From positions 51,885-115,884 of the forward strand of contig CAYXSR010000002.1 in the NCBI GenBank assembly GCA_964467735.1: a stretch of 64,000 nucleotides of DNA, given 5' to 3'. Every line of letters begins with the position of its first letter. Within the stretch, counting starts at the first letter, position 1. Below the pieces are notes generated by a model that was given only the letters and a program-made list of their open reading frames with translations, did no database searches and was not told the DNA's origin. Source of the stretch: an uncultured Pseudomonadales bacterium (GTDB taxonomy: Bacteria > Patescibacteriota > Microgenomatia > UBA1400 > CAYXSR01). Shown here one piece after another: positions 49,977-60,077 of the stretch. The position numbers and the translations under genes are program-made.

Positions 49977-51451
49977 TTATTTTTTTTACTAAAATCACTC
50001 AATTTGCCGAAATATTTTAAAGCCATAATAAAATAAGTTTTTACATCTTCCCAGGATCTGATTGATAAAATTTTCCTGATAATAAATTCGGGAGTTATAA
50101 AACTACTATATAGTTTTTGAACCATTACTTTTAATTCTTTTTCGCCAACTGGGCTTTTCATAATCGCACTTCTCATATCATAGTCATCCCAGTCTTCGGT
50201 TAGCAACCATTTATTTTTTTTACAATCTTTAAAAAGCGGCGTTCCAGGATAAGGAATAACTATCGTTGCCTGCATAGAATCGGCATAACCTTTTTTGAAT
50301 AACTTTTTTGCCAGGTCTAGCGTCCTTTGCGTATCTTTTTTATTTTCCCAAGGATAACCAACCATAACTGTATAATGTGGCTCTAATCCTGCTTGTTTGG
50401 CTTTTTTTATTCCTTCCTTTATTTGTTTAACTTTTAAATTTTTATTAATTTTGTCTAATGTCTTTTGATTAGCTGACTCTAACCCATATAGAATAAATCT
50501 AAAACCTGCTTTTTTCATTAATTGGTAATCGCTTAAAGACAAGCCGCAATTAAAACGCATATTGCAATCAATAGTTACTTTTTTATTAAGACCACGTTTA
50601 ATCATCTTCCTGCAAAACTCTCTTAACCAATCACCAACTGGAAAAGTACCAGAATCATCCATAATTTCTTTTACTTTTAAATTCTCCACTAAGTGATTAA
50701 TTTCTTTTAAAACATTATCCACTGATCTTACCCGATATTTTTCGCCAGGAAAAAGGGTTGTCCATGAGCAAAAAGTACACTTTCCCCACCAACAATCTCT
50801 GCCTGCCATAATATAAGTTCCGGGATATTTTTTAAAATTTGAATTTTTATAGGCATAAAGCTGCCATTTTGTAAGTTTGCGGTCAATTATTGGAGTCTGG
50901 TTAAGATCATGCGCCAAATTAAATCTACCTGTCGATTTAATTTTCCCCTTCTTTTTCCAGTAAAATCCCGGCTCTAATTTCACCTTATCTTTGGTTTGTA
51001 AATATTTGGCCAAATTTAAAAGTAAAAAGTCAAAGTCACCTCCAGTTAAAATATAATCAACAGGAGAATTTTCAAGCGATTCTTTCGGCAATGCGGTTAC
51101 GTGATCACCCATTAAGACTATTTTCATCTTTCTGTTTGTCTTTTTTAAATCTTTTATTATCTGCCAATATCTTTTAACTACTGGAGTTTTAACCTCAAAA
51201 GCAATCAAATCGGGTTTAATTTTCTTAACACTGTTTAAAAATTGTCTGTATGTCTTTTTCTCAGCAATGTAATCCAGCCAATAAACTTTAAAACCGGCAT
51301 TCTTTAACATTGTTGCTGCGGTAGCTGGAACTACCGGATAAATGAAATAAGCTGTTTTTTTGTCAGTAAACCATTGAAACTGTCTGTTTTGTGATAATAA
51401 CGGCGTTCCTTTTTCTGACTCAAGAGGCGGATATGCAATAGCTATTTTCAT
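49973..51451 (-). CDS. B12-binding-domain radical SAM enzyme (HpnJ-like)
   Basis: N-terminal B12-like domain (G.HVTALP.E), GRDCWWGKCTFC (CX4CX2C), RSVDNV..EI, GLES..Q..L..I.K, PYPGTPLF. Confidence 0.85.
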   Translation of the reverse strand: MKIAIAYPPLESEKGTPLLSQNRQFQWFTDKKTAYFIYPVVPATAATMLKNAGFKVYWLDYIAEKKTYRQFLNSVKKIKPDLIAFEVKTPVVKRYWQIIKDLKKTNRKMKIVLMGDHVTALPKESLENSPVDYILTGGDFDFLLLNLAKYLQTKDKVKLEPGFYWKKKGKIKSTGRFNLAHDLNQTPIIDRKLTKWQLYAYKNSNFKKYPGTYIMAGRDCWWGKCTFCSWTTLFPGEKYRVRSVDNVLKEINHLVENLKVKEIMDDSGTFPVGDWLREFCRKMIKRGLNKKVTIDCNMRFNCGLSLSDYQLMKKAGFRFILYGLESANQKTLDKINKNLKVKQIKEGIKKAKQAGLEPHYTVMVGYPWENKKDTQRTLDLAKKLFKKGYADSMQATIVIPYPGTPLFKDCKKNKWLLTEDWDDYDMRSAIMKSPVGEKELKVMVQKLYSSFITPEFIIRKILSIRSWEDVKTYFIMALKYFGKLSDFSKKNK

Positions 51452-51510
51452 AATCTTAAACTTTTATAACAAACTAAAATTATAATAACTTTTTAAGAAT
51501 AAAACCATAT

Positions 51511-52554
51511 TTAATAAAGTTTACTTGATAATAATCCTTTAATAAATCTTATTCCATAGTAAATATGGCTAACCAAAATTGTTGGTATTACAAACAAACC
51601 AACAATAATTTTTTTACTCTTTATTGTTACCCAAAATCCGGTAATTAAAAGAAGTAAAATATAAAAAGAAATTGTACAAAAATAAATAAGACTAAAAATA
51701 TGCGATAAAAGCTGAAGTTTTAAAAATCTTAAGAAAATAATAATAAACGGACTAAATAGTAAGCCCAAAGTAAATAATGACGGCAGAAAATAACCTAATC
51801 TTCTCGAGGTTTTAGGAAGTATTTTTACAAAAAATCCTCTATGAAAACCATACCTTCCTAATTGTTTAAGATGTTTTTTAAAAATTTTTCGACGGTGATG
51901 ATGGACGATAACTTTTGGGTCATAAATTATCTTTTTTCTTAACTTATAAACAATATCGTGGCACAACTTAGTATCTTCACCAGGATAAAAACGAGAATTA
52001 AAACCACCCAACTTTTCAAAATCTTTTTTTCTAATAAGTAAGTTAAATGTCGGATAGTCATCTACTAGTTGTTTTTTTCCCGGAAAACAACGGTAAGTTC
52101 CTGCTCCCCCTGCTCCTAACCAAGAACTCCACATCCATCCGGATACTTGCTGTTGCCAACAATTATTTCTTGGTGTTAATCCGGGACCGCCAACGGCAGC
52201 AATTTTCAGATCATTAAAATTTAGCAATGCATTTTCAAGCCACTGACGGTCTGGATATGCATCATCATCGATAAAGGCTAAAATTTCTCCTTTTGCCAGA
52301 TTTGCACCTAAATCTCTTTTTTTTGCCGGCCCTTTTTCATTTGTCCTTATAATCCTTAAAGAATATTTATATTTTTTATTTAATTTTTTATCCCTTTCGC
52401 TCAATTCATCAACTACAATTATTACTTCAAATTCTTTATAAGTTTGCTTTGCTAAGCTAGGAAGTAACTCTTTGCTAATATAATCATTAATTTTAAGTAC
52501 CGGGACAATAACCGAAAACATTCTTCTTTTATTTAACTTTTGTTTTTTTTGCAT
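51511..52554 (-). CDS. GT2 glycosyltransferase with C-terminal TM helices
   Basis: SVIVP, GPAKKRD, FIDDDAYP, VGGP, GGF...PGED, HHRR, then a hydrophobic tail. Confidence 0.9.
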   Translation of the reverse strand: MQKKQKLNKRRMFSVIVPVLKINDYISKELLPSLAKQTYKEFEVIIVVDELSERDKKLNKKYKYSLRIIRTNEKGPAKKRDLGANLAKGEILAFIDDDAYPDRQWLENALLNFNDLKIAAVGGPGLTPRNNCWQQQVSGWMWSSWLGAGGAGTYRCFPGKKQLVDDYPTFNLLIRKKDFEKLGGFNSRFYPGEDTKLCHDIVYKLRKKIIYDPKVIVHHHRRKIFKKHLKQLGRYGFHRGFFVKILPKTSRRLGYFLPSLFTLGLLFSPFIIIFLRFLKLQLLSHIFSLIYFCTISFYILLLLITGFWVTIKSKKIIVGLFVIPTILVSHIYYGIRFIKGLLSSKLY

Positions 52555-53287
52555 AATAATTAAGGATTCTTAACCGATAAAAGACTGCTAAAGTATCCCA
52601 AAGCATTAAAAATATAGCTTTGTAAGTAGCGGCACTAGTTAAACCACCAAACTGGAATTCCAATCTTATTGGGGCGTCATAAATCCTTTTATATCCGAAT
52701 GATCTAGCTACTGCTAGCATCTCGATATCAAAAGCATATTTCTTAACTAACAATACCGGCAGAATCTTTTTTAGTACTGGTTTTTTAAAAACTTTAATTC
52801 CTGCCTGAGTATCTGTTACTTTAACGCCAAATAAAATTTTGACAATATTATAATACCCCCAGCTTAGAATCTTTCTAATCAGGGGGTACTCAACCTGGGA
52901 AACCGGATGCCTTTTTGAACCAACAATTATATCAGCATCATACCAAATCAAGTGTTGTAAAAGCATAGAAATCCCAATCGGGTCGATTTCCAAACCCGCA
53001 TCTATAAAAGAAACATAATCTCCTTTTGATTTTTTCATTCCAAATCTAATTGCATACCCTTTCCCTTGATTCTTTTTATATGAATAAACTCTAATTTTAC
53101 TTGAGGCCGCTTTTTTTGCATTTTTATATGAGTTATCAATTCTCCCATCGACAACTACCACTATTTCGTAGTTCCATCCTGACTGATCAAGTGTTTTTTT
53201 AATCCTTAAAAGATCTTTTTTAATTGTTTTTCCTTGTTTATAAACAGGAATAATGACTGAAAGCAAAAAGTTATCTAAGTTTCTCAT
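52529..53287 (-). CDS. GT2 polyprenol-phosphate sugar synthase (DPG-synthase-like)
   Basis: NQGKGYAIRFG, FIDAG, GSKRHP, DTQAGIKVF, AFDIEML. Confidence 0.85.
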   Translation of the reverse strand: MRNLDNFLLSVIIPVYKQGKTIKKDLLRIKKTLDQSGWNYEIVVVVDGRIDNSYKNAKKAASSKIRVYSYKKNQGKGYAIRFGMKKSKGDYVSFIDAGLEIDPIGISMLLQHLIWYDADIIVGSKRHPVSQVEYPLIRKILSWGYYNIVKILFGVKVTDTQAGIKVFKKPVLKKILPVLLVKKYAFDIEMLAVARSFGYKRIYDAPIRLEFQFGGLTSAATYKAIFLMLWDTLAVFYRLRILNYYAKKTKVK

Positions 53288-54539
53288 TATTAAAATTAGA
53301 ATATATTAAAAGACTAATAACTAGTATAGCAGTTGCGCTAGTTGAGCTAATAATAATTTGATAAATATCTTGATGAAATAATTTTATCAGTAATATTTGA
53401 ACAAGAGCGGCTCCTAAAGGAAAATATCCGATTAGCTTATCTTCAAGGGCCATATAAAAACTGGTTAAAACATTTGCTAAGCTATAAAAAGAAATAAAAA
53501 TTGAAAAAATTCCAAGATAACGAGCCGCCGCTAAATACTTTTTGCCGTACAACATAAATAAAATAGTTTTAGGAAAAGTAAAATAAAGCAAGGCCAAAAA
53601 TAAACAAACCAGCAGGATAAATCCTAAAGTCAAATACAGCGGCTTTCTGTAGTTTGTATTCTCTTCTTTTTTCTTGATTGTCAAAGGCATCATTACTGTT
53701 AAAATTGGAGAAGAAGCAAAAAAGATTACTTTGCCAAGAACCGAAGCACTTGAATACAAACCAGCATCAAAACTAGATAAGTAATGCTTCGTTAAAACTA
53801 TATCAGAAGTATACAGGCTTGTCATTCCTAAAACAGCTAAGAAGACTGGCAGTGAATTTATCCAGAAACCCTTAATGTTTATTTCCTTTATTTCTCCATC
53901 CTTATCCCCTTCTCTGTTTTTTAAAACAAAAGGAATAAAACTTATTGTTAGGATTATTGCACCTGATAAAATTATTGCTCCCAATATTTTTCCAATTGAA
54001 ATACCAACTAAAGTTAGCAAAAATACAAAAACAATCTTTAAAATCCCTCCACCAACACTTATGCCGGCTAAAAATTTGAAGTTCATCAGTGCTTGGGTAA
54101 AGGCAAGGTTTGGAATATTAATAAAGGCCACAAAACTGACAAAAGCGGCAAGGATAATAAAGTTGGGGTTATCAATCTTTAAAAATGTTGCCAGTGGTCT
54201 ACTTAAAATATAACAAACCAGGTTTATAAACATTCCCAATATAAATACTTGCCAATAGGATTTTTTAAAGAAACTAATTGCCTCTGCCTTTTTTTTTCTA
54301 GACCATAATTTAGCTATTTCTCTCATTATCGTTGTTAGGATTACTGTTGAAAAAATACCAGTAAAGTAAGTCAAAGAGATAAGACTTGTTAGCACTGCAT
54401 AGTCTTTGGGTCCTAAAACTCTACCTGTTATCAGGTGAAAAAGATAATTTGTGACATTGCCTAAAAAATTACCAGCGGTCAGAATAAAACTGCCGGCAAA
54501 TAGTGGATGTTTTATAATCCTCTTAATTTTATCTCTCAT
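53271..54539 (-). CDS. wzx: Wzx-like oligosaccharide flippase (MOP superfamily)
   Basis: Start moved to the ATG at 54539. About 12 TM; NYLFHLITGRVLGP.DY, DIVLTKHY...AGLY, LYGKKY. Confidence 0.85.
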   Translation of the reverse strand: MRDKIKRIIKHPLFAGSFILTAGNFLGNVTNYLFHLITGRVLGPKDYAVLTSLISLTYFTGIFSTVILTTIMREIAKLWSRKKKAEAISFFKKSYWQVFILGMFINLVCYILSRPLATFLKIDNPNFIILAAFVSFVAFINIPNLAFTQALMNFKFLAGISVGGGILKIVFVFLLTLVGISIGKILGAIILSGAIILTISFIPFVLKNREGDKDGEIKEINIKGFWINSLPVFLAVLGMTSLYTSDIVLTKHYLSSFDAGLYSSASVLGKVIFFASSPILTVMMPLTIKKKEENTNYRKPLYLTLGFILLVCLFLALLYFTFPKTILFMLYGKKYLAAARYLGIFSIFISFYSLANVLTSFYMALEDKLIGYFPLGAALVQILLIKLFHQDIYQIIISSTSATAILVISLLIYSNFNNEKLR

Positions 54540-54543
54540 AAAT

Positions 54544-55620
54544 TTATGATACCCACCAACCACGAGTAAATAGGGCGGTTAAAATAATTGAAAGCAGCAA
54601 ACTTAGAACAACTACCGTGTTGTAAATTTTATTATTTTTAATACAACCAATTAAAATAAAAACACTAAAAGCCGGAAGCACATATCTTGGTATAGAAGAA
54701 AAAGTTCCGGTTAAAGTGGGTAAGATAATTATTAATATTGAAAATAATCCATAAGATTTCCTAACCTTAAAGTATGAAATAATGGCTAAATACAAGAATG
54801 AAATCGCCATAACAAATTCTAAAATCGCAATCCAAAAATCATAACTTTTAACCGGAACAGTGAAAAAGATCTTCAGATAACGCCAAATAACTTGATAAAT
54901 AAGGACTAATCTACCACCAGATCGATTGGCTCCAAAGGCTGGCTGAGCATGAAAGAAAAATAAAGGATCCTGTACGTTTTTCCAAAGATAAGACATATAA
55001 GAAAAAAGTCCTAATGGAATAAGTATTAACCAAGAAAGGTCTTTAAGGTATCTCTTTTTTTTAATTTGTTCTTTCCATTCTATAATTAAAGCCAATAGTA
55101 AAATTATTCCTATTAGTCTTGTAGCACTCGCCAAGCAACCAAGAACACCAGCTAACCACCATTTTTTCTTTCTTACCGCATAAAAACTTCCCAATATCAA
55201 TGCTAAAAACAATGATTCTGTATACACTGAAGCAAAGAAAAATGAGGTAGGAAAGATTAACAATAAAAGTAGACTTCTTTTTGCAACCTTTTTGTTGAAA
55301 TCAAGCCTTACCAACTTAAATAGTAAAACAAGACTAATGAAGAATGAAAAATAAGAGATAACAAAAGCGCTTAATAAAAAATTATGACCTAAGAAAAATG
55401 ATAGTTTTTTTATTAACCACGGATATAAAGGGAAAAAGGCCTGCTCATATTGAACATAACTTATCTTTGCAATTGATAAATAATGCAGGCCGTCAAAATT
55501 GGCCCAGACTGATGGCCCTAAAAATCCCAAACGTTGGGGAATAAATCTTTTTGCTAACAAGGAGATTATTTCTAAAAAAATTCTCCAAAATGTTAAACTA
55601 GCAATAATAAACCAATGCAT
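54544..55620 (-). CDS. PIG-V-like (Mannosyl_trans2) GT-C mannosyltransferase
   Basis: WANFDGLHYLSIA, AFFPLYP, FPTSFFF.SVYTESLF, ATRLIG, SIPRY. Confidence 0.85.
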   Translation of the reverse strand: MHWFIIASLTFWRIFLEIISLLAKRFIPQRLGFLGPSVWANFDGLHYLSIAKISYVQYEQAFFPLYPWLIKKLSFFLGHNFLLSAFVISYFSFFISLVLLFKLVRLDFNKKVAKRSLLLLLIFPTSFFFASVYTESLFLALILGSFYAVRKKKWWLAGVLGCLASATRLIGIILLLALIIEWKEQIKKKRYLKDLSWLILIPLGLFSYMSYLWKNVQDPLFFFHAQPAFGANRSGGRLVLIYQVIWRYLKIFFTVPVKSYDFWIAILEFVMAISFLYLAIISYFKVRKSYGLFSILIIILPTLTGTFSSIPRYVLPAFSVFILIGCIKNNKIYNTVVVLSLLLSIILTALFTRGWWVS

Positions 55621-55628
55621 TTTAACGA

Positions 55629-56675
55629 TTAAAACTTTAATACTTTTTTATAAATATCTAGAGTAGCAGTAGCCGTCTTATCCCAGGAAAATTTATCTGC
55701 TTGTACTTTTCCTCTTTTAATAAGTTTCTCCCTAATTTTTGTATCACCAATCACCTTTATAATATTTTTTTCCATATCTTGCAAGTTGTAAGGATTAAAG
55801 TAGACAACTGCCTCACCTCCTACTTCTTTTAGAGAAGTAGCATTGCTGCAAACTACTGGACAACCAAGATTCATCGCTTCAAGAACCGGCAGACCAAACC
55901 CCTCATAATATGATGGCTGACAATAAACGGTTGCTAGTTTATAAATTGCGGCCAAATCTTCGTTTGACACAAAACCAAGTAACTGGATTTTTTTATTTTC
56001 CCTTGCTATCTGCTGAAGCCTTAGAAGAGTTTTATTTTCCGGATGCTCTGGATCAAAATCCTTATCTGCAGCTTGTTTACCGACAATCACTAGATTTAGC
56101 TTATTCTTTTCACATACCTTGATCAATGAAATTAGATTTTTGTTCCAGTTCACATCTCCAACATATAGAATAAATTGAGTTGGAAGTTGATATTTTTTTC
56201 TAAAACTTAACAATTTATTTCGAGGAATTTTCTTATTTGCAATAGAAGAACTTAAATAAATCGGATATATTTTATCCTCACTTACTCCTAAATAATCTAT
56301 TATATCTTTTTTAGAGTTTTTAGAATCCGTTATTACTGCTTTAGCTCCCCTTAAGGATAGCTTTTGCATTTGCAGTCTTATAAAACCTTTAATTCCTTTA
56401 GGGAATTCTTCGGGAAAAATTAAAGGAATTACGTCGTGGATTGTAACCACAACAGGTTTATTTTTATAAAAAGGAAGTGTCTGCCAAAAAAATTCAAAGT
56501 AAGGATAATGTATAACATCTGTGTCTTTGGGAAAGTTTCCGTCATCAACTACAAAAATCAACAAATCTTTATCTCTTCTCTCCTGTAAATGTTTAATTAA
56601 ATTATCTGTATAAACTCCAATTCCCCTGAATTTATGGTTTTTGTAAAGCCTTGGCAAGCTAATTGCAACTTTCAT
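55629..56675 (-). CDS. GT4 glycosyltransferase (MtfB-like)
   Basis: RGIGVY, VTIHDVIP, YVGDVNWNKN, EGFGLPVLEAM. Confidence 0.92.
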   Translation of the reverse strand: MKVAISLPRLYKNHKFRGIGVYTDNLIKHLQERRDKDLLIFVVDDGNFPKDTDVIHYPYFEFFWQTLPFYKNKPVVVTIHDVIPLIFPEEFPKGIKGFIRLQMQKLSLRGAKAVITDSKNSKKDIIDYLGVSEDKIYPIYLSSSIANKKIPRNKLLSFRKKYQLPTQFILYVGDVNWNKNLISLIKVCEKNKLNLVIVGKQAADKDFDPEHPENKTLLRLQQIARENKKIQLLGFVSNEDLAAIYKLATVYCQPSYYEGFGLPVLEAMNLGCPVVCSNATSLKEVGGEAVVYFNPYNLQDMEKNIIKVIGDTKIREKLIKRGKVQADKFSWDKTATATLDIYKKVLKF

Positions 56676-56698
56676 ATTTTTATATTGGATATTTTAGA

Positions 56699-57847
56699 CT
56701 ATTTTTTCGTTCTTTTTTTAAACTTAATTCTAAAATTTGCTAGAAATTCTTTTATCCCCCATAATCCTAAAACATAAGTAAAAGGCAGTAGCGGCAGTAA
56801 ATAGCGCGCATTTGCCTGGTTTAAAGATAAAAATAATAAATAATTAAAAATCCAGATCATAACTACTTCTGCTGGCATATTTTTTTGAATTTTTTTAAAT
56901 AAATAAGCTGTAATTGTTAGTAAACTTATTCCTGTACCTAGGGGCCAAAACAGTTGCCAAGTGACTTCTTTAACAACCTCGCTATCCCCCCACCATGTTT
57001 GCCACTGATTTAAAAATATTAACTTCCAGACCGTAAAAGGATAAATAGACTTACTCTTATGATAAGCAAATAACCATTTTTGAATTCTTAAAACGTCTAG
57101 AGGATTTTTGCCTTCTTTAAAAATAGCAATGTAGCTTAATATCAGTATTAATAATGAAAAAGTCAATGAATATAAAAGAAACTTTAATGATTTTATATCT
57201 TTTTTCATTATTAAAAGAAGAATGAAGGCAAAAAGAAGAATTAATCCTGTTATGAAAAACTTAACTCCAAATATAACTCCTATAAAAATACTGACAAGAA
57301 TAAAAAAGGCAATTTTTTTCTTCTGAAGCGCTTTGATAAAAAAAAGAATCGATAACGAAATAAAGGTAAGCTGGATAATGTCTAGAAGTGGAGTATTCTC
57401 AAACTGACGTAAAAATAGCTTTTCAAAAGAAAGAACAAGTATTGGCAATAAAGCAAATAAATTATCTCGCATTATCTTTTTGCCGATAAAAAATAAAGAC
57501 AACAGAAACACCAAACCAAAGATAATAATTGCAATGTTTTCATTATTAAATAACAAAACAGAAAGAGAAAGAAAATACTTTCCTAAAGGAGGCTGTGTGC
57601 TCTGAATAACTGTTGGATTTGCGCCTTTTAAGTACTCGCCAGCCGCATAGGAATAAAGTATTTCATCCGGAACCCACCCGACTGGATTTTTTATAGCATA
57701 CTGCGAATTCCAATATGAAGTTTTATAAAACTCAAATCTGTCCCAATATTTATACAAATATCTATCTTTAAAGGAATATATATATTTCCCAAAATTAAAA
57801 AAACAGATAATTAGTATAATAAGAAATATAACACCCTTTAGCTTCAT
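56699..57847 (-). CDS. GT-C glycosyltransferase (PMT-like)
   Basis: PDEILYSYAA, QPPLGKY, LLD, RYLLP, multiple TM. Confidence 0.7.
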   Translation of the reverse strand: MKLKGVIFLIILIICFFNFGKYIYSFKDRYLYKYWDRFEFYKTSYWNSQYAIKNPVGWVPDEILYSYAAGEYLKGANPTVIQSTQPPLGKYFLSLSVLLFNNENIAIIIFGLVFLLSLFFIGKKIMRDNLFALLPILVLSFEKLFLRQFENTPLLDIIQLTFISLSILFFIKALQKKKIAFFILVSIFIGVIFGVKFFITGLILLFAFILLLIMKKDIKSLKFLLYSLTFSLLILILSYIAIFKEGKNPLDVLRIQKWLFAYHKSKSIYPFTVWKLIFLNQWQTWWGDSEVVKEVTWQLFWPLGTGISLLTITAYLFKKIQKNMPAEVVMIWIFNYLLFLSLNQANARYLLPLLPFTYVLGLWGIKEFLANFRIKFKKRTKK

Positions 57848-59304
57848 GGTTTTTCCCTATACCACCACTTAACATAATTATCATAAATTGCTTGAGGTCT
57901 GGCAGCAACCCAACCTACAGATTCCAGATTTTCCCTATCTGAAGATAAATCTACAAACATTCCTGCCTTGAGCTGATCTTCTTTATTTTTGAAATCACAA
58001 TTCTTGGAATATATTCCTAGAATTTTATCCGAACCTTTATCATAAATTTTCTTTACTATAAAGGAAAGCAGCACCGAATCTTTATTATTATCTAAGTCTT
58101 TTTCACAGTAATAAAGATCTATTTGTTCATAACCTTCACTTTTTAATTCGCTAATGATCTTTTTTAATTCTACAGCCGAAAAATCTCTATCTGTTAAAAG
58201 AGATTGATTTAATGAATTTTTGGTAATAAAAAGCCATATAGGAATAAATATAATAATTAAAGCAAAAAGGTGTTTCTTGGAAATTAGTTTAAAAAATTCA
58301 TAGAATAATAAACCTACATAAATAAAAACAAAAGGACTAAAAAATTGCATCCAACCAAAATACCTTTCCCCTCTCCAATATCTAATTATGACTACCTGAA
58401 TGCCAAAATTAATTGTTAATAGCAATAAACTCTTGTTTATTCTTTTTCTAATTAAGTAGTTTAATATTAAAAAGACAGACAAAAACATTAAGATTAATGA
58501 CAAAAATTTGCTTCCCCCTAAAAAGAATTGCCACACTTTTGGAAAGAAATCAAAAACAAATGTTAACCAGCGCATACTTGTCCATAGTTGGTATTGTGTA
58601 TGAAATAAAAAATCATAAACCCCTCTTAAATTAAACCAATGATTGTTCAAATCAAAAGCCAACATGGGTAAACCAGAAATAAATAAACCTAGAAATGGCC
58701 AAATAATTTCTTTGATACCTTTAATAATTAAAAACAGTAACAGTAAAGTTAATAAACCGGCTCCTTGATAATGAGTAAACAATGTTATACCTATTAACCA
58801 TCCAAATATTATATATATTAGTTTATTCTCTTCTCCTTTTATTATCTTTACAAAAAATAAAATTACTAATGATGTTAGAAAAACAACTAACGAAGGATTT
58901 GTTAAAACCAAACTATTGTCTATAGAATTGGGAGAAATCGTAGTTAAAAACCCCAGAATCAAACCAAGGTTCTGATCTTGCAAGATTCCTCCTATCTTAT
59001 ACATTAAAAAAACCGTCAGCAGTGAAGCAATTCCAACTCCAATCCAGGGAGCGTAGACTGAGGGAATTAAAAGTTGAGATACAATTAAATAATACCAGTA
59101 CCACGGACCAATAGTTAAAGGACCAATAGAGGCCCAAGGTCCAGTTAATGGAAGTTGAAGATCCTTACTTGCTACTTTACTTACAATAAAATCCCTTGCA
59201 CTTTCCCATCCATAACTGACTCTTTGATTATAATGATGAAACCTAAGATAAGCACCAAAAATTAAGAAAATAACCAAAACAACCGTATATTTATTGAACT
59301 TCAT
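57844..59304 (-). CDS. GT-C glycosyltransferase (ArnT/PMT_2-like)
   Basis: LRF...WESARD, PLTGP, GPWYWY, NPS, HYQ, multiple TM. Confidence 0.72.
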   Translation of the reverse strand: MKFNKYTVVLVIFLIFGAYLRFHHYNQRVSYGWESARDFIVSKVASKDLQLPLTGPWASIGPLTIGPWYWYYLIVSQLLIPSVYAPWIGVGIASLLTVFLMYKIGGILQDQNLGLILGFLTTISPNSIDNSLVLTNPSLVVFLTSLVILFFVKIIKGEENKLIYIIFGWLIGITLFTHYQGAGLLTLLLLFLIIKGIKEIIWPFLGLFISGLPMLAFDLNNHWFNLRGVYDFLFHTQYQLWTSMRWLTFVFDFFPKVWQFFLGGSKFLSLILMFLSVFLILNYLIRKRINKSLLLLTINFGIQVVIIRYWRGERYFGWMQFFSPFVFIYVGLLFYEFFKLISKKHLFALIIIFIPIWLFITKNSLNQSLLTDRDFSAVELKKIISELKSEGYEQIDLYYCEKDLDNNKDSVLLSFIVKKIYDKGSDKILGIYSKNCDFKNKEDQLKAGMFVDLSSDRENLESVGWVAARPQAIYDNYVKWWYREKP

Positions 59305-60077
59305 CTTTTCTTTTTTAAATATTTTATATAGGCAAGTGTGTGGTGAAGTCCCGAAAACAATGCAAACACAAAACCTGGTAAACCATCAACAAAACCTTTA
59401 TGGCGAACAAAAATCGAAAAAAATGTTTTTATTGGAAGCCAAATTAGATATTTAAAACTAGTTTGTAGGTTAATTGGTAAATTTTCTTCTTTCAATTTAT
59501 CGGCTGTAAGATTAGTATAACGATTGGCGTTTACTAAATAACGAGAAAATTTCGGAGCAGTATAATGTAATAAATGCCCTTTTAAATAACCTACTTCTCC
59601 TTCAACTTGTATTTGCTCATGAACACTTTTGCAAGGAAAAAAAGCTTTTCCTTTTTTAAACAAACGTATTACATAATCGGGATATTGACCTCCTTTTCTA
59701 AGCCATTTCCCTAAGAAATAATTTTTTCTAGGAATAAAATAAGCTGTTTTTCCATTGTTCTTCTTTTTAATTATCCTATATATTTCTTTTTTTAATTGCT
59801 GACTAACTATTTCATCAGCATCAAGTTGCAAGATCCAATCACCTCTTGCTTTGTCCACTGCCATTTGTTTATTAATATGAAAAATTGGTTGATTTTTAGT
59901 AATAAAAATTCGAGCACCGAAATTTTTAGCAATCTCTGCTGTCTTATCCATCGAACTACCATCCACTAAAACAACTTCATCTGCTAGGTCTTTAACCGCT
60001 TTTAAACACTTTCCAATATTTTTCTCTTCATTAAACGTTGCTAAGACAACTGATAGTTTGACTTTTTTTTTAGACAT
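59301..60077 (-). CDS. GT2 glycosyltransferase (WaaE/KdtX-like)
   Basis: ATFNEE, VDGSS.D.T, LDADE, RKNYFLGK, YPD..RLF, VHE, GF.DG..G. Confidence 0.9.
   Translation of the reverse strand: MSKKKVKLSVVLATFNEEKNIGKCLKAVKDLADEVVLVDGSSMDKTAEIAKNFGARIFITKNQPIFHINKQMAVDKARGDWILQLDADEIVSQQLKKEIYRIIKKKNNGKTAYFIPRKNYFLGKWLRKGGQYPDYVIRLFKKGKAFFPCKSVHEQIQVEGEVGYLKGHLLHYTAPKFSRYLVNANRYTNLTADKLKEENLPINLQTSFKYLIWLPIKTFFSIFVRHKGFVDGLPGFVFALFSGLHHTLAYIKYLKKKR

Noticed and set aside
60063-60071. A8-A9 homopolymers (here just after a GT2 start; also 4320-4338, 34523-34530, 54289-54297) as phase-variation tracts
   Set aside because: All host genes are in frame, and such runs are expected from Lys/Phe codons in very AT-rich DNA. 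I saw no long G/C tracts.
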